Shown: one piece after another, positions 21,601 through 28,900 of the stretch
Layout of the letters: each line of letters opens with the position of its first letter
How positions within the stretch are numbered: position 1 is the first letter of the stretch
DNA from: Minisyncoccota bacterium
GTDB lineage: Bacteria; Patescibacteriota; Minisyncoccia; Phycocordibacterales; JABAAK01
Assembly: GCA_965204115.1 (NCBI GenBank)
Contig: OZ241963.1
Location: 10,632 to 74,631, forward strand
DNA length: 64,000 nt
Direction of reading: 5' to 3'
Position numbers and translations under genes: made by a program
The notes under the pieces: generated by a model
Database searches by the model: none
Told to the model about the DNA's origin: nothing
Seen by the model: the letters and a program-made list of their open reading frames with translations, nothing else

Positions 21601-22013
21601 TAACCCCCCGCAACCGACAAGCACCCTCCTTTACCCCCACCATCACCCCACAACAGCAACCACACTCCCTCGGCGATCGACACCCGGACATCAAGGAAGC
21701 ACAAGAACTCCTCAACGAACGCACCTCCTGTCCTGTAGCAGCAACCGGCCCCGGCTCCCCAGGACAAGAGACCACCTACTTCGGCTCTCTCACCCGACAA
21801 GCCATCCTCTGCTACCAACGAGCCAACACCCTCACCCCTACCGGCACTCTCTCCCCATCTCTCCTCTCCACACTCCGTCAAGAACCTCTTCCTCAACGAC
21901 AACAACAAGAAGAAGCACAAGACACCCCACAGAACACCAACTATCAACCCATCAACGATCCCTACATCTATACGCAGCGTACCCGACGCAGCTATACTGC
22001 TCCCTCTCTCTAA
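12630..22013 (+). CDS. Giant (~3100 aa) surface protein/adhesin with bacterial Ig-like repeats and two C-terminal peptidoglycan-binding domains
   Basis: Many DTTAP / D.AGN / SDTG.S..DN.T motifs; Gly-Ser linker; LTIGSQGNDVQQLQRYLN…GSPGQESTYFG..T plus a second similar copy; start placed at ATG 12630 after TATACT (12591). Confidence 0.88.
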   Translation: MFFGKQLLDFLLHSRRAGAVDGAVGSVRAVGVDLWRSLVPLVLVSFVALLSLFVFAGQASAAVAKPSAIALTTPSSSPGNDTTPTFTVTVSETGGTVTLYSDSGCTTSNAISSATSVTDTDSPFTVAVTANTLSAGTYTVYAKHTEGGEDSPCSTETASYVLDTTAPTVDTTDTKYYSSVSVDNSGQSPTYVVTFSNANALGADSIRVTDQYIHARVKFSEDVKGAITNTPGTDRPSIWRVIGSAETQFEVEGQLAAGLEDPADTIGACAPADGENTPFVTDDWICTYRVKSTDLGKFKIRVKTTTTDAAGNALAQQYDHGTTIQLNKPAAPSAIVPTSDTGSSTSDKITKELTKVKVTLPTSASPTTSSTLQIFTYTPASDGSCATPTGSNDGWTSRGTTTGATATGGSPNYVTSTRVWTSNTFTQPSEGKYCFTAQYDIDGSGTSNVASSYAAGMLMELDTTAPTVTAADTKYYSSSTLTTENELASGSYRKQGQDIYTRVKFSENVSNTTANDTTARPSIWYLIGSNETQYDIVAHSATLADGDCKAKSSTDTSEYTCLYTTTSNVNGAFKVRVKTDTKDVAGTALGTQYDHGSTITLDTTAPTVTSADTKYYSNSNLSTELTNGSYRKSGESVYTKVKFSENVANTDANDTTARPSIWYLIGSNETQYDIVAHDATLADGDCKAKSSTDTNEYTCLYTTASNVNGAFKVRIKTDTQDRAANALSTQYDHSNTITLDTTAPTVTGTIATANENTVNSVKYLNANDTITLTLTLTENIQATNPIVQFKNGANNLGTPITTTGSGTTREAVFTVASGQNVSNGNLKWDITNESSVLDNAGNALVAVAAQDISNTVIDTTPPLAPTNLDLATADDSCADFDGTTGCDFGSNTDNRTSTTTGLSISYSGEEHATVQLSKSKDGGSAAEVGTRSSALASSGAGTTDIALSDGDGVYTVTAKQTDRALNISPASAALDITIDTTAPTAPPTPDLQAASDTGVSSTDNLTKDATVNFDLGSHTNTEECRYVYEGSNVTGQSTYACVAAADDAYTNTTEREESFKTRAYDAAGNHADSATALKVRFDRSITEALIDLKATSDSGYSTTDNITNVTEPTVALSQLESSADPTTGTGKAQVTINLWVDGDIDTVVDKTELTQVGAIANVSSTTQDLQLSALTEDIHKLVAVHTDDAGNEAITAVSKLAYNPADGTKGSNVIIVDTTAPEAPSKPDLSPNRDTYGANANPSRDGTNADDVTYHQDLLFFTEASKRNDGDSQDLTQAALIREQHHLLAYELTAADSSTATATSITGQNISGTTHSNPTNTAARTITSQQNYHSQTVAGQQHTHRFAGATPDTENQYHIATKQVDAAGNTSDYGPTLSLKIDRKAPNEAPGELILHFDSDTGISMTDRRTANTTPVFITEFPRTRQLEGENTDTDYQVDYYELWRAGLDSNYETEGAFAYPSDSTQNHQASFGLIPDTEDATDQLSDTTSSNPLLDVYEDGISVRIIQQNIPQYNKHYSYKMVSVDLAGNTTLGVDESNPEILVPPPTPSDPDLATASDTGSSTSDNLTKNTTLTLTTSYRNTSTAEQQGQAAQNLRTLELTITPPNNGDPQTLLFSRPADHNDGDGFDIPTGERRDAEGVPDPTHTTFTATYSFSTAVDLTQVFGDDLQDGTYTLSFLGINSQGERGLPSNELTVTLDTTPPAFGDNLTLTSTRVYEQSSGANTKHRFEIAATPDTEEGTVVTFHYGTTNTAVLTVTNNIGRTASNASFAEVAITTHSLAEDYTDYEVSLIDAAGNSVPRFAYPDNAKAPRFLSFDTGETNTYILSAYPRNDGTITEPYSATTASGGTCQTTTTSTTYTPRSKVTVASATTDACAVAVDSYGNRTIVNISAEKTDLITAAGIHPDDDSTEQGDNLTNNPNPRYHGTTIPGASVRFQTKRSADDWTDAYEQTVTAEDDGSFTIPRILSTPAGGQRESIFTTTVTTGDATGDADPVHGYFSVERSNVGSIVARQAGSASQTSFTHNGFSLELKGVGFRDTAGSSDYFGFCVVADNSKLSIAGLNNVKLFKVFPDPLSIVFRDSDHTITLPLVRDALNSDFTVNAALFGIDLAGEEDPCLVFFSGGSSSLTSSIALLRQHFFTNEGTTFTFSIEPMASGMKTSVDVRAYLTHTDVLGAAELTTPIDLSPLTLDVTPPAISAALKEPTSSPAADTTPTLTITAEESATVGLYSDAQCSVQVGSSATVAAGESTADLTTAALTDGEYAFYAQGTDVAGNPACTQSALDYTLDTVAPDVTVIQVGTGDTAQYVATAADATTTTARHKDTTPSAVCTVTAGLETDGTLSSGWTAYTGTLVKSNGDNAGSISGSGGMCIIFTDAAGNSTAQHIVDGGTYTNSIGGFTISDDTGVLSDDFITNNPSQTLSAVTVPGSEGSLILTNKTDTNQVITLPFTASHYSATQPSRFSVSTTIPEGTYTVTAEVTIDGTPVTAIPLQDPLIVDTTAPSAPETANPYSLTSSNDTFKVDGVVRAGFTYVSASIGVASAPYSVGSTTQHFLTLFGTDYPCTYSTSQANSGVNESDTFTCSINYTVDATTPQGVAALTMRGEDVAGNAYSFTISDDDAVVYTVDTLAPEYTVTASKTAAKPGDTVTVTVDADDLHDVLLNGSAVSDDNQMRVSFAGEQFSLSTLPGSFDYTVPTDALDGQRTISLPQITDRVGNAAAPTPQGVLFVDTKTPSVSRYLFSNSGTTLSVSAQVARNNHSSMPGEEGVTLSFTGSCSSFPASPVFTASAQAAPERYAYSIRIPRGTYTADTCSLIARDAVGNQSDPTLTTIPLTITASRSGGGSSGGGGGVGVIKYNVSRGGPPLPEQVGIPLPPEPRAEEVSAAIQSTLTRNLTIGSQGNDVQQLQRYLNNNTCPVAQTGAGSPGQESTYFGQKTQQAVICYQQKHSITPPQGYVGPKTRAHINARISPHPAAPQGIPLTIDSTLPPQTKVTPRNRQAPSFTPTITPQQQPHSLGDRHPDIKEAQELLNERTSCPVAATGPGSPGQETTYFGSLTRQAILCYQRANTLTPTGTLSPSLLSTLRQEPLPQRQQQEEAQDTPQNTNYQPINDPYIYTQRTRRSYTAPSL
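14013..14860 (+). repeat. Intragenic tandem duplication of a ~140-aa module (420 and 414 bp)
   Basis: Units begin gacaccac at 14013, 14433 and 14847; diverged copies near 13116 and in the gene at ~6200-6590. Confidence 0.88.
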
Positions 22014-22095
22014 TAGCTGACCATTCATTACCTAAATGGTATTGTGTTTTGCTGACCTGATCGGAGTTTTGTGTAATGTGGTATACTGTATAGCA

Positions 22096-22338
22096 ATGAA
22101 TACTATCGTAGCATCTTGGGGTGGGCGACTCAGAGCGCGTATTGGGCGGCTTGCGGAGCAGGTGTCCGCGTGGTCGGCGGCAAAGGAACGGCAGCGGGAA
22201 GAGGACATGGAGCTGAAGCCGGAGGTGAAGCGGGAGCTGTTGGCGATGATGGAGGATGATGCTGACTTGTCGCTGGGGTTTGATACCGCTGAAGAGTTTG
22301 TTGCTCACCTTAAAAATGACGAGGATTCTGACTCGTAG
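22096..22338 (+). CDS. Putative antitoxin of RelE/YafQ-type pair 1
   Basis: Small gene directly upstream of the toxin; acidic C-terminus FDTAEEFVAHL. Confidence 0.7.
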   Translation: MNTIVASWGGRLRARIGRLAEQVSAWSAAKERQREEDMELKPEVKRELLAMMEDDADLSLGFDTAEEFVAHLKNDEDSDS

Positions 22339-22341
22339 GGT

Positions 22342-22596
22342 ATGAGGTTTTATTCTCGGAAAAAGTTTAGACGGCAGTATAAAAAACTTCCGGCAGAAAT
22401 ACAAAAAAAGCTTGATGAGCGGCTGAGTTTGTTTCGAGAGAATCAATATGACCCGCGCTTGCGTAGACACCCCCTCAAAGGAGATATGCAGCCCTTTGAG
22501 AGTATCAATATAACTGGGGATTATCGTACATTGTTTATCCAAAAGGGAGAGGATGTTACCTTTTATGCAGTTGGCACGCACAGTGAGCTGTATTAG
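22342..22596 (+). CDS. RelE/YafQ-family mRNA interferase toxin
   Basis: KFRRQYKKL…LRRHPLKG…SINITGDYR…VGTHSELY. Confidence 0.9.
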   Translation: MRFYSRKKFRRQYKKLPAEIQKKLDERLSLFRENQYDPRLRRHPLKGDMQPFESINITGDYRTLFIQKGEDVTFYAVGTHSELY

Positions 22597-22679
22597 GGTG
22601 TTGAGGTAAAGAGAGGTGGGAATGGGTATTTTTTGGCATTTATAGGTAAGCGGCTCAGGGAATGCATCGGGAGCCCGGA

Positions 22680-22758
22680 AAGCACTCTTATACCGTGAGG
22701 GGTTTGGTGTTGTCCTTGCAGAATACCGCGAGGTCTTGGATTTCCTTTTCGTCGTCTA
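22680..22758. repeat. Left direct repeat of DUF3800 cassette 2: displaced 3' end of the Doc/Fic gene
   Basis: 79 bp matching 23824-23902 with 1 mismatch. Confidence 0.93.
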
Positions 22759-22876
22759 GAATTAGACTCTCAACTGAAATGCAACAAACAGAAAACATAT
22801 ACGCCCGCTTGGCATATAGTGGTGTTGGTATTTTTAAAGTTGAGATTCTGGTTCTTAGCTGTGTAATACTGTTAGC

Positions 22877-23659
22877 ATGAGTAACAAAGGGAAATATAGG
22901 ATGTTTGTGGATGAATCAGGTTCTCATGTATATAAAAGTAGAAAGACTGATGTTGAAGGCAGATATTTGTGTTTGCTTGGTGTTATTATTGCTGAGGAGG
23001 AGCGCAAAAAGTATTTCAACCCTGCTTGGCGGGATTTGCGATCCCTGCTTTCTGACGATGTTGATTTCCCGACACCGCTGCATTTCATTGATGTTTTTAA
23101 TAAGAGAGGAGTGTTTAATAAGTTAGCACATCCTGCCACTCGAAATATATTTAATGAAAAATATATGAACATTATATCTTCCCGTAATTTCAAAATTTGC
23201 TGTGTTGTGTTGGACAAAAAGAGTCATTTTGACAAATATCAGCAGTCAGCGCAACACCCCTACCACCACTGTTTCAATTTTTTATTACAGCAGTACCTTG
23301 CGTTTTTAGATGCTGTCGATGGTGTTGGGGACATAGTTATTGAAAGCAGAGGGAAGAAGGAAAACACAACACTTTGCTCTGCCTATGAAAATTTATACAC
23401 AGAAAAATATATTGCCACAAGGGTAACAAGTAAAAAATTGAAAATTAGTAAAAAAGAAGAACTTATTTCCGGGCTTGAGCTTGCGGACATGCTGGTAACA
23501 ATTATGAAGTTTTTTGTTCTGGAGCAATATGAGTTGCATACTATGCACGATAACTTTTCTAAAAAAGTTATCGAAGAACTGGAGGAGAATAGAAAAATAA
23601 TTTCTTCTCCTCAAGATCAGCGTGTGCTGAAAGAGTATGGACTGAAACTCGTACGGTGA
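22877..23659 (+). CDS. DUF3800 family protein (RNase H-like acidic motifs)
   Basis: MFVDESG…LHF…IESRGKKEN…GLELADML; AT-rich relative to its neighbours. Confidence 0.88.
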   Translation: MSNKGKYRMFVDESGSHVYKSRKTDVEGRYLCLLGVIIAEEERKKYFNPAWRDLRSLLSDDVDFPTPLHFIDVFNKRGVFNKLAHPATRNIFNEKYMNIISSRNFKICCVVLDKKSHFDKYQQSAQHPYHHCFNFLLQQYLAFLDAVDGVGDIVIESRGKKENTTLCSAYENLYTEKYIATRVTSKKLKISKKEELISGLELADMLVTIMKFFVLEQYELHTMHDNFSKKVIEELEENRKIISSPQDQRVLKEYGLKLVR

Positions 23660-23665
23660 GGTATA

Positions 23666-23740
23666 GGAAATAGGAAAACCGGCTTGCGCCGGCTTCCTAC
23701 GACACGCATAAAGCGATGTCCTCCTTCCATAGGGAATTAC
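23666..23740 (-). ncRNA. Putative DUF3800-associated small structured RNA
   Basis: Minus strand reads guaa-uucc-cuau-ggaa-ggag-gacaucgc-uuuau-gcguguc-g-uaggaagccggc-gcaa-gccgguuuuccua-uuucc: three hairpins, the last with a GCAA tetraloop. Confidence 0.7.
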
Positions 23741-23744
23741 TCAT

Positions 23745-23772
23745 ATTATACTTACGGTTTATTTTTTGTCAA
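23745..23772 (-). promoter_or_regulatory. Consensus sigma70 promoter convergent on DUF3800 gene 2
   Basis: Minus strand TTGACA (23772-23767), 16 bp spacer, TATAAT (23750-23745). Confidence 0.82.
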
Positions 23773-23823
23773 GTTTTGTGGTTAGATTCTCGGTTGAAGA
23801 TCAGCTCAAAATCCTACAGAGTT

Positions 23824-23902
23824 AAGCACTCTTATACCGTTAGGGGTTTGGTGTTGTCCTTGCAGAATACCGCGAGGTCTTGGATTTCCTTTTCGTCGTC
23901 TA
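23824..23902. repeat. Right direct repeat of DUF3800 cassette 2 (3' end of the intact Doc gene)
   Basis: Matches 22680-22758 (78/79). Confidence 0.93.
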
Positions 23903-24299
23903 TTGTTTGGGAGTCAAGCGCGGCCACTTCTTTTGTTTTGTTGTAGAGGTCTTCGGGATTGAATTTGGTTGTGTATCCGTTTATGTAGTAGAAACCGATC
24001 ATGCAGAGCAGTGACGAGCGTTTGTTGCCGTCGGCGAGTTTGTGTCCTTTGATGATGCAAAACATAAGCCGCGCGGCGGTTTCGTGCAGGTCGCCACCGA
24101 CCAGCATCACCCGTGTCTGCACGGTGCCTTGTGCAGCAAACATCTGCTCTACCCACCGTTCTTTTTCTGTGGGGAGGAATGCACCAAAGATGTCTGAAAG
24201 GTACTGTTCGTTGTACTCTTTGTCGTACAGACGGGATAGATCATCTTCTTCAAGAAATTGTACGCTACTCTTTTGCGAGTCGTTCAATGATGTGTCCAT
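23832..24299 (-). CDS. Fic/Doc (death-on-curing) family toxin
   Basis: Fic motif HKLADGNKRSS. Confidence 0.85.
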   Translation of the reverse strand: MDTSLNDSQKSSVQFLEEDDLSRLYDKEYNEQYLSDIFGAFLPTEKERWVEQMFAAQGTVQTRVMLVGGDLHETAARLMFCIIKGHKLADGNKRSSLLCMIGFYYINGYTTKFNPEDLYNKTKEVAALDSQTIDDEKEIQDLAVFCKDNTKPLTV

Positions 24300-24438
24300 A
24301 TCGTTTTACAGTATGTTTTGCCGCTAAATCTATTCGCCTGTTTCGCTCCTTGCGGGACAACGGCTTCGCCGGCGCGTCGTTTACTACCGCCTTGTTGCTT
24401 GAAAATGTTGACTTGTTTTTTGGTACCATGTTTTTCAT
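24265..24438 (-). CDS. Putative 57-aa antitoxin of the Doc toxin (absent from the ORF track)
   Basis: Hand translation MKNMVPKNKSTFSSNKAVVNDAPAKPLSRKERNRRIDLAAKHTVKRYGHIIERLAKE*; overlaps the Doc start; the C-terminal RY..I.RLA pattern is typical of Doc partners. Confidence 0.65.
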   Translation of the reverse strand: MKNMVPKNKSTFSSNKAVVNDAPAKPLSRKERNRRIDLAAKHTVKRYGHIIERLAKE

Positions 24439-24516
24439 ATCTGCCAGTATACCATATTTTCGGTATTTATTGACATGTGGATAACTTTGTTAGTGGGCGT
24501 GGTATACTGTATAGCA

Positions 24517-24756
24517 ATGAATACACTTGTGGCATCGTGGGGTGGGCGACTTAGAGCGCGCATTGGGCGGCTTGCGGAGCAGGTGTCTGCGTGGTCGGCG
24601 GCTAAGGGGCGGCAGCGGGAAGAGGACATGGAGCTGAAGCCGGAGGTGAAGCGGGAGCTGTTGGCGCAAGTTGAAGACGCAAAACAGGGTAAGAATATCT
24701 CACCGGGTTTCACCGACATAAAAGATATGGAGAAGTGGCTTAATTCTCAATCATGA
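24517..24756 (+). CDS. Putative antitoxin of RelE/YafQ-type pair 2
   Basis: First ~50 aa nearly identical to 22096-22338; C-terminus GKNISPGFTDIKDMEKWL. Confidence 0.72.
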   Translation: MNTLVASWGGRLRARIGRLAEQVSAWSAAKGRQREEDMELKPEVKRELLAQVEDAKQGKNISPGFTDIKDMEKWLNSQS

Positions 24757-25010
24757 TAAAGGTTTTTCTTGCTACCGGATTTGTCAGGCAGTATAAAAAA
24801 TTACCGCTGAAGATACAAAAAAAATTCCTTGAGCGAGTTGCTGTGTTCAAAGAAAATCCCCGCCACCCACTGCTCAGGGTGCATAGGTTACAAGGTGATA
24901 TGGAGTTGTTTGAGAGTATGAATGTGACAGGTGATTTCCGTGCTCTCTTTGTACGAGAGGGTGTTGCGGCCACCTTCCATAAGATCGGCACGCATAGTGA
25001 GCTGTATTAG
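24753..25010 (+). CDS. RelE/YafQ-family mRNA interferase toxin
   Basis: FVRQYKKL…LRVHRLQG…SMNVTGDFR…IGTHSELY; ATGA overlap with the antitoxin. Confidence 0.9.
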   Translation: MIKVFLATGFVRQYKKLPLKIQKKFLERVAVFKENPRHPLLRVHRLQGDMELFESMNVTGDFRALFVREGVAATFHKIGTHSELY

Positions 25011-25300
25011 GGGTGTTGAGGTAAAAGTGCAGCTCAGGCATCCACCGAACATCCTTCAAAAACCCTTTACTGTAAGGGCTATTGTAGCGATATTACTCAA
25101 TAGCAAAAGTACCAGTATGCAAGGGGAGGGGTAGCAAATCTAATTGTACTATGTTTAGCAATAACAAATGAAAGTAATGGTATATAGCCAAGGAAAAGAA
25201 TTAGGCAGTTCTCTTAAACGGCTGATGTATGTTGTTGCCGTTATCCACAAAACTATCAGCAGGATAGGTTGAGGAAAAGACGGTCGTGGTGGTATTTTGA

Positions 25301-25998
25301 TGTATGACCAATAAACACAACAACATAAGCAAGTATATTTTTCAGAGTGTAGCAGCACTCTTCATTATTTCTTTATTCGTAACCGCATCCCTGCTCACCT
25401 ATGCGCAGGAGGAGGCACCTGCCACCGAGAAGGCAAATGATCTTCCGTATGAGTTAGGCGTGGTGTTAGTACAGTATGAGGATACGGTATTTCAGGCACA
25501 AGTAAACGACGGCGGGGAAGCAGGTGTGGTACAGGTTCCGGGAGGACTCCTTGATAACCTTGACGGCGACCTAGGACCGGTAGCGATTGTCAATGATCTC
25601 CTCACCGAAGAAGGATTTGCACCTAAACTTATCGAACGATTCCCTGACCTTAACGCTGAAGTAATACACCTTGGTGAGGATGTTGATCCACTTTCCGTTA
25701 TGGACTCACTCATTGCACTACCCGGTGTTGTGTTAGTACAACCAAACTTCCTCTATGAACCAACACAAGCACCCAATGATCCGAAGCTCAGTGATGCATG
25801 GCACCTTATCCATACGCAGGTATACAGTACAGACCAAAGTGACAACGAAACAGCGTGGAAAGCTATAGACGGACTCACTACCGCAACCTATGTACCAACC
25901 ATCGCTGTGATAGACACCGGCATTGATACGGAGCATCCTGAGTTTAAAGATGTCAGTGCGAACAGAGACAAACCGCAGTTTAACCGGTTGTTGAATTT
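25301..25998 (+). repeat. 698-bp direct repeat, copy 2
   Basis: Identical by eye to 246-943. Confidence 0.92.
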
Positions 25999-28900
25999 AT
26001 TAAGGTGCAGAGTGCCTGTCTTTGGCGGGTTGGTGGAGTTAGACCGCACGGAGTCAACCCTGACCACTTGTCCCTGGGGTGGCTATGACCTCGGCAGCAA
26101 TGACAATAATCCGATACATTCTCGTCGCGCAAGCCCTCACGGTACTATGGTTGCCGGTGTCGCCGCAGGAAATCGCAACAACAACTTTGACAGTGCCGGT
26201 GTAGCACACTTTGCTCATATCATGCCGATCAAACTGAATGTATTCAGTTCAACTGCCATTCTCAAGAGTGTGGCATTCGCGCGCTTAAACGGTGCGGATA
26301 TTATTAATGCGAGTTTTGGTGGTATGAGGTCAGCAGGATGCACCTCTGTGTATCAGTCCAGCCCTTCACCTTCTTATCGTTACCTTCTGGAGGCCCAACA
26401 GATTCGCAATTTCCCGGGACTCTTTGTCGCTTCTGCCGGTAATGATAATACAAAAACAGGAAGTGGTGATGGTTTCTTTTATCTGCCTGCCGACTTCAAT
26501 CAGGATATGAGCGCACAAGGGTGCTGGGATGCGGTACCAAATATGATATCTGTCGGAGGAACAGAGAGGAGTAGTGATATCAGTGGTAACAATGTGGCTG
26601 ACTCAGTTGAAGGAGATATTATCAAGGCGCAAGGCATAGTGGAATCACGGTGGAGGTCACGTTTCGTTCGTAGCGGCTCTAATTACAATGCCAATGTGGA
26701 CATCGCAGCGCCGTCAACTGATATCCTTGTGTCGTCATTAGATGACAGTAGCGGATCGCGAGTGCGCATTACCAAGCGAACAGCCGGCACCTCTTTCTCG
26801 GCACCGCTGGTTGCTGGTACCCTTGCTTTGATGTTGCGGGCGAACCACCAGCTGACATCGGCAGAGCTGAAGCGGCGGTTACTTGAGTCAGCAGATGAAC
26901 TGGTCAGTTTAACAGGGCCTGATTGTACTGCGGGCACTGCTGATGACTATGTGCATCGGGGAAGAAGGTTGAATGCGTACAATGCGGTACGAGCCGCTCT
27001 AGGTCTTTCGTACACCAAGAAAGAAATATCTGACCTAACGGCTGCGCAACAGGCAACCTGTCTTCGCGGAGGCAAGGATTCAGACGGCGATGGTCTCATA
27101 GACATCACCACGGTCGAAGAGCTTAATAACATACGACACAATCTTGCGGGAACCAGTTACAAGACAGATGCTGCTGCTCAAGGTATCACCACCGGTTGTC
27201 CTGTCGGAGGGTGTAATGGCTATGAGTTAGTGAATAGCCTTGATTTTGTCGGAACCGGGTGGGAAACTGCCGGCTGGACACCGATTGACAATTTCACCGG
27301 TACCTTTGATGGTGGCAATCATGTTGTATATAACCTTCCGAGTACTCGTGTTGCTTCAACAGGGCATCAGATATTCGGCACGAACGGATCTGGCGCAGAA
27401 GTGCGGAATGTATCATTCATTAAAACGGTCTATTGGGGTTGTAATGCAAGTGTAAAATCACAATGCACCCTGAGCGACACTGATTATGCTCAGACACCAT
27501 CGGGATCCTGCCCGGTCGGTGATGCTGGTGCCTGCTCTTATCGATGCGATAAAGGACACTGGCAGGAAGTGACCAACACTTGCACTCAACCGACGGTCTC
27601 CTGTGTTACTGACCCCAGTACCCTTATGAATGGTACTGTTACCAGACAGGGATCCTGGGTTAAAGCATGTGCGAGCACTCATCGTTCAGACAGATATGCG
27701 CAATACTACACTTTCACACTCAGTACTCAGAGGGAGGTTAGGCTTAACCTGCTTTCACCTACTAATGCCTTTCTGTATCTCAATGCGCATGCGCCCGCAG
27801 ATCGGTATAAGTCTGGCGTCGGTATAACGCGAAATGACAATGGTGGTAAGGGTTCTAATGCGCGTATTGTGAGCATTCTTCCCGCTGGCACCTATACCGT
27901 GGAGGCAACCACTTTCGCTACCAAACAGACCGACTCCTTCACACTGAATGTGAAAGTCGTTGACCCTCCTGCCTCTGCTTGTTCCGCTGTCAGTCAGACA
28001 TGGACTGTGGGAGGTAATAGTTGTAGCGGTAATCTCACTGCTGTTCCTAGGGGGGTGTCACAGGCGATTGATGACATTGCAACCCCCACTGTCGGCTCAG
28101 CGGTGTTTCGGTGCGATACGAATGGTGGATGGACCAGAGTGGGCAAAGCCAAGTGTGTTACGGTTACTTGTCCTGCCGTTAATCGATCGTGGACGGTGGA
28201 TGGTAACACCTGTGCCGGCAATCTTGCCGAAACTAATGCAGGTAGTATGCGGGTTGCCAGTGATCAGTCAGGATCGGCAACTGGTTCGGCAACCTACGAA
28301 TGCAATGCTCAGGGGACCAAAGGTCGTTGGAGTCTGGCAAAGAATACCACTTGCACCAGCACAGCCGCAACCTGTCCTGCTGGTGACCAAACATGGACGG
28401 TGAATGGTAATGTTTGTTCGGTTAGTCTACGCACTGCCATCTCCGGTAGCACGCAATATGTCCAAGACCAAGCCGGACCAACCACCGGTGCTACGACTTA
28501 CGAGTGTGATGCTAATGGTCGTTGGAGCAGAACAGGTACTGTTACTTGTATTAATCCTTCTGTTACCTGTCCTGTTGTTAAACAAACATGGGTTGCAGGC
28601 GGTAATACCTGTTTTGGTAACACATCTGAGACCGTCGCAGGGAATCCATTTTCTGTTAGCAATGTATCGGAGAAATATCGTGGATCAGCAACTTACCAAT
28701 GTAATGCTGACGGTCGCTGGACTCAAGCGAGTGGTGCCACTACTTGTGCTGTAGCTGTTTGTCCAGCCAGTATTCAGGTATGGACTGTGGGTGGCAATAC
28801 TTGCCGAGAGTGGGTTTCCAGCACTACCGCGAGCAATTCACAGACCGCAGTTGATGATTTTGGGGGAGCTGTCGGATCTGCAACATATCAATGTAAGAAT

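Noticed and set aside
14729-22028. Long antisense and alternate-frame ORFs inside the giant gene (e.g. 14729-15463, 16963-17607, 21318-22028)
   Set aside because: Low-complexity shadows caused by the skewed C/A-rich codon usage
22120-22130. ggtgggcga match to the tRNA-Val 3' end as a possible att site
   Set aside because: Only about 9 bp, inside antitoxin coding sequence and present in both paralogues; expected by chance
22662-22880. Similar short plus-strand ORFs at 22662 and 23716 (also 26 and 5505)
   Set aside because: Their similarity is just the antisense translation of the duplicated gene ends
116-23902. Diversity-generating retroelement (TR/VR) reading of the duplicated gene 3' ends
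   Set aside because: The mismatches are few and not adenine-specific on one strand, and no reverse transcriptase is in the window
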